A DNA stretch of 64,000 bases, from assembly GCA_046563655.1 (NCBI GenBank), contig CM102289.1, positions 7,006,001 through 7,070,000 of the forward strand. The letters are read 5' to 3'. The notes under the pieces are model-generated. The model saw only the letters and a program-made list of their open reading frames with translations. It ran no database searches and was not told the DNA's origin. Positions within the stretch are counted from its first letter, which is position 1. Every line of letters starts with the position of its first letter. Origin of the DNA: Yuukianura sp. NJ FZ-2021 (taxonomy: Eukaryota). Positions 12,213 through 25,165 of the stretch are shown piece after piece. Position numbers and translations under genes: made by a program.

Positions 12213-14425
12213 TTAAGCACTATTTGCAATTATCATTCTCGCGTTTTCTTCATCATCTGAATAAGCTTTGGACCTCTTTTTGGAATTGAATTCCATCGAC
12301 CTTGCGGTTGCAATTATAACAGCCCTTGCATCATCATATAAAATTTGACGAACTTCTTCCAAAGACTTTTCAGACAACTCAAGTGCATTTTCCGTCGAAG
12401 TTTGAAGAAACGGGCGATTTTGTTCTGAGAATACCCAATCTTCCGGTTTGGGAATTTTGCTTCCAATGATCATCCGAATTTCACGTTTGATCACTTTGCA
12501 AAAATCGTCCAGTGGCTAGAAAAAAAAAAGTTTTTCAAAATGTCAACACATTACAATTATATTTTCCAAAATATCTTTTCAAATTCAAAAGTTACGCACA
12601 TAAACGATTAAAAGATTGATTGTTTGTGATTTAAGTTGTTAGTTTGTAAGCTAAATTTGGAACTTTGAAACCTGTTTCGCAGCATCCACTTCACATTGTC
12701 AATCAATCTCATGCAATTCACTCGTGGTTGTTCCACGGTAAATTGAAAAACAATACCAAAAGTGTGAAAACTATGAACACGTTATCATTTCGTTAACAAT
12801 TTTATAGTAATTTTCGAAACTACGAGTAAATTTAGAGTTCAAAGTTAGTTTATTGATCACCTACCAAGTCATTGTCGTCGTATCCAAATGGATTTTCAAT
12901 TTCCCAGCCAATGCCGAGTATTCCAAGTAGCGAAAATGAGGCCAAGGCTACTGCTGGAAGTGTCCACCAGTCAAGGTCATTGACCAATTGATATGGTAGG
13001 GCCAGTAGATACAACCAAACGACAAACTGGAGGTGGACAGAATAGGCTAGCGGAATCGGTGTGCGAAGAATCCGCTCGAATCCCGTCAGACACTCTGTGA
13101 GTGACGTGAGAGCTGAAAGGTCAAAATGAAAAGCTTAATTAAAATATATAAATTTAATTTAATTAAAATGTCAATGTACATGTAAATTTACCATTCTGCA
13201 TTGGTGTTAGTATAGGAGTTTCAATCAGACCGCGAGCACTGACGCTGCTGATGTAGGTGGCAATGTAGTAAGAAAGTTCAATTGGAATGTTTGTAGGAGT
13301 AGGATACTCATGCGCCTTGAGTTTAAAAGATTTGAAAGACCCGCCTCGTCGACTCCTGCGCTTCTTTTGCTGATCATCGAGTGGTCGATTTGAAGATGGC
13401 GTTGAAAATGTAGGAAGATGTCCAATCAAATCCTTCAAGTCATCATGGTCATAAGAGTATTCCTCTCGTAGATAATGTTTAGTAGCTACCGCAAAAGCTA
13501 CTAATATGTTGACAACTGACTTCTTCTCCAAGACGTCTTTTGCTGACGTCTCTTTGACCCCTGTCCAAAATCCACGGGTCAGAGTTCGAATGTTGTTTGT
13601 CATTTGAGACCAAAGACGCCTGCCTTCCCAGTATCTAAAAACATCAAGCAATTATGAGCATGAACTTTCAAACTTATGATATAAATTTTCATTTTGAACT
13701 TTTTATGGCAAAAAATTTACTAGATTTCGTGCTTGCAAGAAGGTCAGGCAAGGTCAACATTCAGACAAGTTGCGTTTGCCACATTTTTTATTCTATTTTT
13801 TGTGTTTTATTCCAACTTTGATGCTGCAAATGATTTCATTTTAGTATTACTCAGAGCTCAGAGCAAGCGCAGCAGACGGAGTATGAAGGTGGTTTTGCAA
13901 GGTTAGTTTAGACTTGCAAAAAATTCGCGAAAACAATGGACTGTGACATGCAAAGCTTAACAATACACACGAAGCCCCTACTGTCATGCCCAAAATTGAT
14001 GATGCATGCGAAAACGCTGGGACGGGTACGAGTTTAACAAAAAAAAATTAGCACATACCAAAAGTACTAACGCGGCTTTTGCAAGGTCTTTTAAATTCAA
14101 TGTCAGGTGCTAATTGCCAGAAATATACCGCGGTAAGCAGTTGGTACAAAAATGTAAAACTGGCAATACGCATGCACAAAAAGTTTGAAAATAAGCACGA
14201 AATTTACCTGTCGTAGGCTGTATTTGTTCTAAAAACTAGGAGTAAACCGGTAACAACTCCCAGAATTGGAATGAGCGTCTGTTTGAACTCCATTTTGAAT
14301 CCCGGCACAAATTTGTGTATGGAAACAACTGCTGCTGTGTAGATGATCATTAACAAAATTTGCCACCAAATCCGCACTATCACGGTACCCTTGACCCGTA
14401 GGTACCAAAAGTCAAGTTTCTGCAT
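12213..14425 (-). CDS. UPF0187/YneE-type (microbial-type bestrophin) anion channel, 4 exons
   Basis: LLLVFRTNTAYDRYWEGRRLW, FERILRTPIPLAYSVHL and GIGWEIENPFGYDDNDLPLDDFC, with several hydrophobic segments. Confidence 0.9.
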
Positions 14426-15163
14426 TTTGGTGTCCTGGAGCACTAACTTTTAGTTGAAATTTGAATTTTTTTATTTTGAAAATTTTGGAAAAACTGGTTG
14501 AAAGTGCTGATCTCTGCAGGTTGGCGTTGGTAATGACTTTGTTCCTGCTGAAGGCCTAATGCTGATGTAAGTGGAGGAGTTGTGAGAAGATGTATAAAGA
14601 CTTGGGAACTTTACCTGAATAAAGCTACACGTTAATGCAAAAAATATTATTTTTCAGCATGCCGGCGGAGTGGAGATCTTATACAAATGCCAGTTGAACT
14701 TCAAAGTACTTTGCCATAAACGTCCTTGTTTTTTTCTCTAATTTAATTCCATCACGCAGCACTCAAAATGAGCGTTTTTCTTTTAGAAAAATGCTGAACT
14801 CGGGCCTTAAATTTGGCTTTTGTGCTTATTACACTGTGCTCTGTAATGAATTTTTAAGCCATCTACAGAGTAACGTTTTGTTTTTATTTTTGGTTTCTAG
14901 GTTTCCTTTAAAGTTCCCTCGAGAAGTAAACTGTAAAGGAGAAAGCTTTTCCCTGGAGGAATTCAAACTTGCATGAGGAAAACGCTCATCTAAAGAAAGT
15001 TTTTGAAACTAAAACTTAAAAATTAGGCATTCAATTAAACAGGTTTTTTTGGCTAACAAATTTATATCCCAAATTTGATTTGTTTGAACTTTGTGAACTT
15101 GAAATTTTGTTACACACTTTATTTCTACTTTATTTCAACATTTTGTCTAACATTTTAAGTTAT

Positions 15164-16078
15164 TCAGTGTATGGCACAGAAGAAAATGCTGAAAGCAAGA
15201 AATGCAACATTGTAAAATGCAGATGGAGCTCCGTTATTGCCGTCCAGTCTGCTACTTGGCGTTGTGTCCTGTGTCATTGCGCTATTAGCATTTGAAACTG
15301 CGACAGTTGCATTTGTTGCGGTAGTTTCTGGAATTAAATTATGTATAAAACACTTTTAAAAGTTGAATTAACAGTAAATAATGTCAATATACAGTAACAG
15401 CAAATAAAGTAATAAGAGAATAACAAGCATACTGTTATCAGGTTTGACATCATCAATTGTTTCATGTCCTGTTGGAACTGCTGCATTGGTGCTTGAGTTT
15501 TTCTTGGCAATTGGTTCCTCGACAACAGCGTTTCCGGATGTCGTCGAATTCGGTTTGTGTTCAACCGTCATCATCATGGCTTCAGGTTTATTCCGTGCCG
15601 GTGACGTTGCATTTTTTGAAACTTCTTCATCTTTGCTTTCTCCCGCCACATTTAGAGCCTTTTCGTGCCTCGTTTCATTAGGTTTCGAATTTGCATTAGT
15701 CACGTTCAAAGGTTTTTCTACCGTGGGAGAAACTGGTTTGTCCACAGTTGAATCATTTGAAGAATGAGCTGTATTTGAATTTCCATGTTCCGACTTTGTC
15801 GTAAGTTCAATTGGTAGAGGTATGGTGCAATTTCCATGTGCCGGAGTGGGAGCAGATTTGGAATGATTTGATGTGTGCGGTTTCGTATCCGGTTGAACTG
15901 GCGTACCGTACTTGATGATATCACTTACCGGAATTGAATCCGGATCCGGTAAAGCAGCGGTGCAATTTGCTGGAGCTTTTGGCTCGTCGTCGGATTCTTT
16001 CGGAACAACGGTAGCCGATTTGGCAAGGCACAAAGAAGCTAAAAGAAGAGCTGCACAAATTTTAAAATTTAAGGCCAT
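15164..16078 (-). CDS. Secreted low-complexity (Ser/Thr/Pro/Asn-rich) glycoprotein, probably GPI-anchored, 2 exons
   Basis: Signal peptide MALNFKICAALLLASLCLA and many NxS/T sequons. An intron at about 15432-15328 leads to a terminal exon ending NNGAPSAFYNVAFLAFSIFFCAIH*. Confidence 0.7.
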
Positions 16079-16732
16079 TTTACTTTTAAAAAATTCCAAC
16101 TTAGCGCAGCGCTTGTAAATTTTTGTTCCGTTGCCAGAATCGCTGAGAATGAACTGAAGTTAATTCGTTCCTCATTGGTTTGTAGGGTGGAGAAATTAAG
16201 TTGAGCCTAGACTTTGGCCATGGAATAAATTGTGAAACTTAACTTGAAGCTAATTAGAGTACAATTATACTAACTTACTTGGAAAAGCTCTTGTGATGCT
16301 TTTGCATTGTTTGCCATTGAAACCTAATTGTTTACCAGGAAAAGTTTAAGTTGAACTTGCAAAACTTCGATTTGGAAATGACCAGCTTCAACTCGATTGC
16401 GCAACCAAACTAACCGATAGTCGGAATGTTATACCATTGTTATAAGGTAAGCTAAATTTAGATTTCTAACCAAACCTTTAGTAGTAGCTGTAGTTTTTTG
16501 AAGGAAATTTATTAAAATCAGATTCAACTAAAGGCAGAGTCAATGTAGCTGGCTCTAAATTCCAAAATTTCAAAGTTTCCACGTTCTAAAAACAGAATTC
16601 AAAAGAATAATATAAAAACCGACTAAAATAAAAAATTGACGGTAAATTTCTACGCATCTCCACTGTGCTGCGTTCCCTTAGCCCAACCGTTACGCATAAG
16701 CTAAAATAACTTGGAACGATTTCAAATGCATT

Positions 16733-17036
16733 TTAAAGAAGTTTTGCACAACATAAAATTAGCGTGGCGCTCAGCAGTGGGAGGGAGATGCCAACTGAAG
16801 TTGCGGCGTCCTTCTTGGAATGTCCTAAAAATGCCAACAAATGATCATTTCAAATGTTCAGATTTTTTAAAATAAAATTTAAAGTTACCCGCTTCTGGTT
16901 CAGAACTCGGTTCCGGTTCGCCTTCTGGTTTTGGTTCTTCTGCTGCACTTCCTTTGGCTTGGAGAGCCGACGCTTGGAGGCATGTTGAAATTACGACAAG
17001 TGCCAAAAGGAGAATTGCTACTCTGAGCTTAGTCAT
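16733..17036 (-). CDS. Very small secreted Glu/Pro-rich protein, probably GPI-anchored, 2 exons
   Basis: MTKLRVAILLLALVVISTCLQASA..EPKPEGEPEPSSEPEA is spliced to GHSKKDAATSVGISLPLLSATLILCCAKLL*. Confidence 0.7.
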
Positions 17037-19823
17037 TTTTGTTTCTTTAATAAAAAAATAATTAAACATTACTTCATAATCATATTCATTTAATATTATA
17101 AAACTTGTAATTAAATTTGAGAAAATTGCCACGCAAAGACAACACTTTCTTTTTAATTGTAAAATCCCATGAGAGGTTGGCCTTATGGCTGAAAAACAGG
17201 AAATTGGAAAGCATGTCGTACGTCCCACGTCACATGTCATTGTCACTTTGATTACTACAAGTTGAATTGAAAAAGTGAATTGTTCATTGATAACTGTCTC
17301 TTTTTACTATTGTTTCAAGAACACACGAAAATTAGGTTAGGCTAGGCTAGGCTAACTGGAATTGAATCAAATTCAATTACTTGAAACGCGAACGCCTGAA
17401 ACTTCCTGTCATTAGTCCAATTTTAATAGACTTAGGACAAGTGACACAAAAGTAATTGGACAAAGACTACACATTTTTATGTCATTCGATCGAAGATCAT
17501 TAGAAACGTAATTCCAATCAATATGTACGATCCTATTTCCTTTGTGTCACCTTTGCCGTTGTAAATGCATGCGAAAAATTTCCCATTTTGATTTATTTCA
17601 ATTCAACAAAAAAAATTGTGCTCTACTTTTTTGAAACTGGAGTAGCTTTTACCACCTTCAGTGAAACTCGGCCATTAGTGATATTTTTTCTCATTTTTTG
17701 TTTGAATAAATAAACCTTACAAAAGCTACAATTTCTTAGAAAATGTGAAAGGTTGAAAAGTTTTTGAACTTTCTTGTTTTGATTTTCATCGTACACGACC
17801 TCACATTTACATAAACCAATGTTGACAGCCTTTTGCCCTACTTTAGTGTGTGATCATTTGTCAAGTATGACCGCTGGCCTGGCACGCAATTTCTCCATTC
17901 TTAACCCACTAACAAAGCCTGTGTCGGCTAAAACCGGGAGAAAGCACAGGAAGTGAAAGTACCCGGAAGGCTATAAAACTTTGACCCCTCTGCCTTTACA
18001 ATAGCGTTTTTCAATTCGCAACATTGCAACGACTATGTAAACTAGTTACGACAAAAACAATTTTGCAAAACTAGAGCACAGAATTTCGCAAATATGCCAA
18101 CTTTTGTGAAGATGAGTTCTGCGATTGTTAAAAGATTTTCCATTCGATGTCGTCAGGTTTTCCAAAACAATGACTTAAGAGAACCAAGTTGCGCAAATTT
18201 TAATTTTACTTACAAATTTTTTTTCGGGTTGGTAACTGTATTCAAATTATGTAAAAATTGATTAAAAATTTATAATTTGCAATTGTTGTATGTTGCGGAA
18301 TTGGGAAATACTTGGAGTGGCGATACTTGTTTTTTAACAATGCCAAATTTGAAACAAAAAACTAACTTACCTAATCAACGGGGGTTACATTTCGCATATC
18401 TCAAATCGAAACATGGTTTTGCTTGAACTATTTTGTGAGAAGTTCACCTTGCAAATCACTCGAATAAAAAAATTGACGGAAATAAATAATAAAATTTGTT
18501 ATGGTTTGTAAACTTTTTAGCCAAAAAGTTAAACTGTATGTTTCGCTGCAGTGCACATTATGAAAAGATCAAGATGTAAGGAAGGACAAAAGTTTCTGCA
18601 TGAGATCCTCTAGAACGAAATCAATCTTCACACATTTTAGTGCAAAACAACATTCTCAACTTAACGACTATACAAAATTGAAACTTTCTACAAAAAATTA
18701 TACGTGAAAAAATACTGTAATGCAGGTAGAGGAAATTGACATTGAAACAAGGTTGTCTTTTGATATCCGTGTGAATTTATTTTTTGTGATTTGTAATTTG
18801 TGAACCGTTTTAAATTGATTTTACAAAACCCATTAACAGCATCTTTAAACTTGAAAAATTTCAAATCGCAGAGCAGATTTACGCTACTCAAAGTAGTAGT
18901 ATGTGGGAAATAAAAGGTTTTAGAAATTGTATCAAACAAAAAATTTCGACAGTTGAGATTACTCCAAAATTCTTTCAAATATGAACGTCCCAAAGGTACA
19001 AATTGCAACAAAAATTATTGTATCAGAACGGATAAAAACTCAAGAAAAAAAAATGTGCAAAAAACGCTAACGTTCGAAATCGAAATTTTTGAGTCTTGAA
19101 ATTTCTACTTTAAAAAATAGTTATTCTACTCCTGTCTCCTGGATTATATTGACCCAATTAGTTAGTATAAGGTTAGTAATAAAAATCAATTTTTTAAAAA
19201 TTTGCTTCTTACTTTGTATATTAGAAGTGCAGTATTTTCAATATAAGACGAAGTAACCCAGTTAATCAAACGATGGTTAGAGTAAGGACGCCAAGATTGA
19301 AGTGATCTTGCGACCAAGCTAAACGGAGCTTGTTGGATATTGGGAAGGGAAGGGGGATCTCATAAGGAAGCATCGATTAAAGGGACTACTTGCGAATTTC
19401 ACCTGCGTGAGAGGGGGAAATCAATTTGCAAAAAAATTTGCACATAAGGAGCTCGTGCCTTAAACACAAGTTTCAAGATAGATTTAGCCGCTTAGCGTTT
19501 ACTGTCTTTAATGGTTCCTACTTTTAAGACCCGTACCAGCTTTGCATAAGCCAAAAACAGTATTGCGTAATAGTAACTAACCTAATTTGCTAACTATGTA
19601 ATCACAACATTTAAAAGTTAATTTTGCTAATTTCCGTTATAATTTCAATCAACTTTTTTTTTAAATTTCAAAGCGTCTTTCCTTTTAGAAACTTATTTCC
19701 ATATGCCATAATATGATAAATATATTTGCGAATTTCGATTTCAAATTCCGAATGTTTTCTTTTCGAAATGCGTATAATAGTTCAAATTATTGAAGTTAAT
19801 TGTTGATAATTTGAAGATGAGCT

Positions 19824-21506
19824 TTAGTTTGCGTAGAACCCGTTTTTCTTTACTCTTTCGGCGTCAGCGTCTCTTCCAATTTCGTTGACGATTTCATTAA
19901 ATTTAGTTAGGTTGTCGACGTATACGTGGTGGCCTGCGTCTTCCAGAGTCTAAAAAATTATCAATTGTTATGAAATATTATTTAAAAAATTTGTTCTATA
20001 TAAAAACATATTCATCATTACATGAACTTGAAGTTTATTTTTTGGCAGAATTTCCTTGAGTTCACTTTCGGAGAGTCGTGGAAGCCATGTCCGATCTCCG
20101 TAAATCATCGTAAGAGGCAACGTTGGTACTAACTTATCAATCCTATTGTACATTGCATTTTTAGCCCATCCGAAAAAGTCCATCATTGTACGAAAAGCTG
20201 CCTCACCGCTGAAAACGTTCAAAATAAATTTTTGAAAAAAAGTTTTTAGAAAATGAGTTTGAAAACTTACGTTGGTTTCTGTGCGTTGCAATGGTAAATA
20301 TATTCGGAAATACTGGCGGTTCCATTTTGATTCAAGGCGTCAAACTTTGTGACTAAATCTGGACGGGCTTTGGATATAAGCGAAGGCCCATAAGGTCCTG
20401 CTCCACGAACAATTGAAAGTGGATTGACCTTTTGACCTAATGTTGAAATAGCTTTAAATCTCCACGAAGTTCTTGTTTTTTCAGAAACTAGCTCGTCTGG
20501 ATTGTCGGGTTTCTTGGGATATCCCCAAGGATCCACTAGAACCAAATGGGCTATACGTTCTGGATACTTGAGGGCATAGGATGACGACAGGAAGCCACCC
20601 ATACTGTGTCCCACCAGTACAAATGACTCCAAGTTCATTTCTTTCCGCCATTCTTCCATGGCCTCCACATGCTGAGCTTCGGCTTCAAGTGGATCAGAAG
20701 AAAATGTTGGGCGGGAACTTCGTCCGAATCCTGGTAAATTTAAATTTCGGTTAACCTTTGACCTTAACATTGCCACAGTAGTAGTGGCCTAAGAAAAAGT
20801 CCAAATAAATTCATACCGAGCAGGTCAAATACATATACTGATCGTTCAGAAGCGAGTTCTTTGATATTGAGTGACCAAAGTCCGATGGCAGCACAGAGTC
20901 CATGTACCTGGAGCGAGAAATTTTGTTTTTCGTTTTGATCGTTGGGAAATCGTTTTGATTTTGAGTGAGGCGAGTAGTTACCATAACCAATGGAGTTTTG
21001 TCCGAATTCGGTTTTTCGTTGAACCCGACCGTCCAGATTTTTCGTTGTTCTGTTTTGGCTGAAGATGACCAGCTCAATTTGCAACTGGATGGACGACTGA
21101 CATCGCCAATGTCCACAAAGCGCCCTCTGTATGGTACTGTCACAACTGTAGATACAATCCAAATGTCAAAGGTCAGAGTGGAATGACTTCAACAAAATTA
21201 GAACTTGTAACTAACATGATAGGATTTTGGATTCTGCTTTCTCCAATAAAGATGCTGAAGTAGGTATCCATCTGAACTTTTGGCACCACCTAAAACATTT
21301 CCAAAAATTTCGAAATCAGCTACAAATTCTAGAAATTGGTAATTATGAAGTATAAATTTTTACCCATCATCCTTGATTTTAATATCTTTACGTTCCTCTA
21401 CTTCACCAGTGACAAATTCTTGCAATCCCTCGACTGAGTCCAATGGTAAGTTTACTGTTGCAGACCCCGTGTCAGAATTTTGTGACGATTTGCCACCAGG
21501 GTCCAT
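19824..21506 (-). CDS. ABHD4: ABHD4/ABHD5-family alpha/beta hydrolase ((lyso)-N-acylphosphatidylethanolamine lipase-like)
   Basis: WIPTSASLLEKAE, DLPGFGRSSRP, nucleophile motif GHSMGG, LVDPWG, YIYHCNAQKP and C-terminal HHVYVD (HX4D). The start could instead be the ATG at 21629. Confidence 0.9.
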
Positions 21507-22465
21507 CTTTGGATAATGTCTTGATCTTTGGTGGTAATTACGAAGGTAATTACAATTGGTTGCGGTGTTATTAGTGCCGACGTGTGCAAGTTTCCTAGGG
21601 ATCAAAATGCTGCCAAATGTAGTGCTCATTCACCAATGCTAATCCTAATCAAAATCCGACACGCTATTTTCAAATAATAAATTATCGAGAAAAATCAAGT
21701 GAAAAATTGTAAACCACTTTCCCTTGAACTTGAGAAGCAGAATGTTCAATGCAAAATGACAGACTGAAAACAAGTTCGCATCGCGCATCGGATAAGCAGA
21801 CAGGCTATAACATCTATCCGAACACGAGCGATTTTTTTTGCATGTGCAGAAATGAGTCAAAGTCATACTAAAGTCACAAGATCAGCAAACACTAATAGAC
21901 TACTTAACTACTAGTACCTACTACTATGACGGTGCAAATTCATTACGGATTTCGGAAAAGTTGGTTCGCCATTGCTTAAGGATAATTAAGACCACAAACT
22001 CGTAATTTTGAGACAAAAATGGTGAAAAAATTGTGAAGTTGCGAAAAAATTTAAACTCTCAAAATGTTTAAAACTTTAAAATTTATTGTTCAAAGATTTC
22101 ACTGTCGAGTTCTGCACGGAAGCGTCCAACGCGCCAATTTCAAATTGCCAAAACAAAAACAAAATAAAAACGACAGCAGCAAAACAAAGCAGGCAGCGGC
22201 AGCAACAGCAAGTAACCGGCTCGATCAATCAAAGTCAAACAACCTCTTGTCTTGGCTCTTCCTTCAATCGATTCAAATTACTAAAAGCGGTTTAATTGTT
22301 AGCTTAGTTAATGTGGTGGTGCTACAGCGGTAAGTAAAATAATTAACACTATATTTATACCTTAACTTTTTTTTTAATAATTCAAAGCTTTGATTGATTT
22401 TAGGAAATCAAACTACGAGGACAAAGTACAAAAGAGGAACTTAAGGTCGTAACTTAATTGATAAA

Positions 22466-24884
22466 ATGGCTTCCGGCGCTCCAAGAGTCACTTGGAGAGG
22501 TGCCGATGATTCGGAAGATGAAGAACTGCAAGAATTAGCAGGGCGAAAAGTTGCAAGCAAGACAGCTCTTTTGCTAGTAATCGATTCCACTCCAGATATG
22601 TTCGATACTCCATGGGGTGAAAACGAAGATACTCCATTCCGGGCAGCATTGAAGGTACTAGTAGTATTACACTTACGGAATTAAACTGCGATAATGTTTA
22701 GCTTTTTAGATTTTATGGGAATTTATATTTACATTTTGTTAGTACTGCGTTTCGACGTGTCGTTCCAAAATCGTGTCAAGTCCTCGCGATTTAGTGGCAG
22801 TAATGTTTGCCGGCACAGAGAAAGATCAGAACCCGCCAGCATTTCCGAATTTTTTTTTGCTGTTTCCACTAGCCCAACTAAAAGTAGAAGTTATTGAAGA
22901 ACTCCAGAAAATGGCCGCTTCAGATGATTACGACGGCTTTGAAGAACGAATTGGATCATCTGCCAATTACAATTTGAAAGACATGTTCTGGCTCTCTAAA
23001 ATTATTTACGAAAACTCGTGAGTCTTACTACCAAAGCGTATTTTATTTAAATATCTAAAATTGCAAATTTCATCATATGCTCTCCACGTTTCAGGAAAGC
23101 GGGATCAGTAAATCAGAAACTGATCTACTTTACATGTGAGGATAATCCGCATGCTAGGAACAGAAACTTAAGGAATGATTCGATCCAAAAGTTCAAGGAT
23201 CTTGGTGCCGTGGATTTCAACATCGTTACATTCAAAGATGACTTCATGCACGACCATTTTTACAAAGTACATACTAAATCTAATAATGTTTTGCATGTAA
23301 AACAGTACACGATTCAACTTATTCATATATTCTGTTTCAGAATTTGTTTCCGGAGCCCAACAGAATAACTTATACCGAAGACTTGAAAAGTCTTCTCCAA
23401 GTTGTCCGTTTAAGGCAGAAGACAAACCGTCCAATTTCAAGACTTACGTTGCAGATTTACAGAGGTGTGAACATTGCTGTTGGGGTGTATTCATTTGCCC
23501 GATCTGCCCTGCCTCCAAGGAAATATTCTGTCAATGAAAGAAACAATGAACTGGTCACAAAAACTGTGAATTCGTTTCGATCGGTAAGTATTATCTGATC
23601 TATGAATGAATGTCCAATGTTTAGAACTTGAGGTTTTCGATTTATTATGTAATTTCCATTAACAAGGATACGGGAACCACCGTATTAAAATCGGAGCAAG
23701 TCAAAGTGGCATCCATCGGGGGAGAGATGGTTGCTTTCGAAAAAGACGAGCTTCAAGCCTCCAGGACTTCTGGAGCCACTGGAATCACCATAATGGGCTA
23801 CTTTCCGCGTGACAAGTTTGATCAGTTCCTCGCCTATCGAAAAGAAGGATACTTCTTGTATCCAGATGAAGAGAGGATTTCAGGCTCGACTGACCTGTTC
23901 ATCATACTGCTTCGTCGATGTCATGCCCTTGGAGTAAGAATTTACGTCATTTACAGCTTACTTGACCTAAGTTATGTATGCTTTCGGTCTATAGAAAGTA
24001 GCGATCGCGAAGCTGACACTCACCCGTGGTCGTACTGCCAAGTTGGCTTGCCTTGTTCCATCCGTTGAACCTGCTCAGAGTTCAAGTCGTTCTGTTACTG
24101 GATCTAGTAGTAGCCCATGCAGTGGATTTTATGTCTGTCTATTACCATTTGCTGGTAAGTTTTGTTCATTCTGGATAACAACTTGCGCCAAAACGTATCC
24201 AAAATGGAGCCTGTTTGATTTCCAGATGAGCTTAGAACGCATGATCTCCCTCCTGGAAGGGAAGCTTCCCAAGAACTGACTACACTAATGGAAAAAATTA
24301 TTCGGAAAACCTCACGGAAAGACTTTGATTTGAGCTCAGTGCAAAATCCATTTCTTCAGCTAAAATATCGTCAAATTGAAACGATTGCATTGGAGGGTTG
24401 TGAATCCCAGGGTTTCGACGAAGAGCCATTCGAAGACTTTACTGGTGAACTACATTCATTCTTAGCTTTTACTATTCAAGTTCTAATTTATTGACCTTCT
24501 CTCCAGAACCAAACGATGAAGCAATGCATTGTAGAATTGGAACCATTTGTGAAGAATTGAACAATACTGTCGAGTCGGAACATGCTACTTCAAGAGCCGT
24601 GACTGCTGTACGACAAGCTGCGCCTCCAAAACAAATTAACATGGCAATGGAGGCTAAGCACAGACGCGTAAGTACTGCTGAATCATTTCAACCAAAAATA
24701 CATAAAATTGTAAACAAAATACATAAACTTACATAGTTTTCTAAATTACCTTGATTTTTAGTTGGAAAAGCTAACATGCGCAGTCCTATCGGAATTCCTT
24801 ATATCGCAAGGACTCCCAGCTAAGGGCAAAACGAAACCAAAGCTTATCCAAATGATTTACGACTTTTTTGAAGATGGTGATTGA
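22466..24884 (+). CDS. Ku70: Ku70 DNA end-binding subunit
   Basis: vWA start LLLVIDSTPDMF, core FLYPDEERISGS, LPFADELR and NPFLQLKYRQIETIAL, and a C-terminal SAP-like segment LTCAVLSEFLISQGLPAKGKTKPKLI. Confidence 0.92.
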
Positions 24885-25165
24885 AATGTCATAACCAGCA
24901 GCAATCCGTCACTTGTCTTAACTTTGCTCTCCCGTGCTCTCGATTTTCAAAATTTTTCAACTTATAGCAATTTTTCGTGTTTAATAAGTTAGCCATGAAA
25001 AACAAATCTACTTTTACATGCTTAGTTTACATACTTCGCTTACACACTAGTACTTATATTAGAATGCAAAATGGCAAGTTTTGTCGTGATTTTTGTGATG
25101 GACAGCATTTGGAAGAACTTAATTTACAATTGATTACACTAAACGAAAGTCTAATAATAAATAGA

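Noticed and set aside
17332..17356. TTAGG-like telomeric repeats (TTAGGTTAGGCTAGGCTAGG)
   Set aside because: Only four degenerate units, too short to call an interstitial telomere or element end.
17860..19430. Possible ncRNA in the GC-richer patches of the long intergenic region
   Set aside because: No complete diagnostic motifs or convincing pairing found by eye; it would need an Rfam/Infernal scan.
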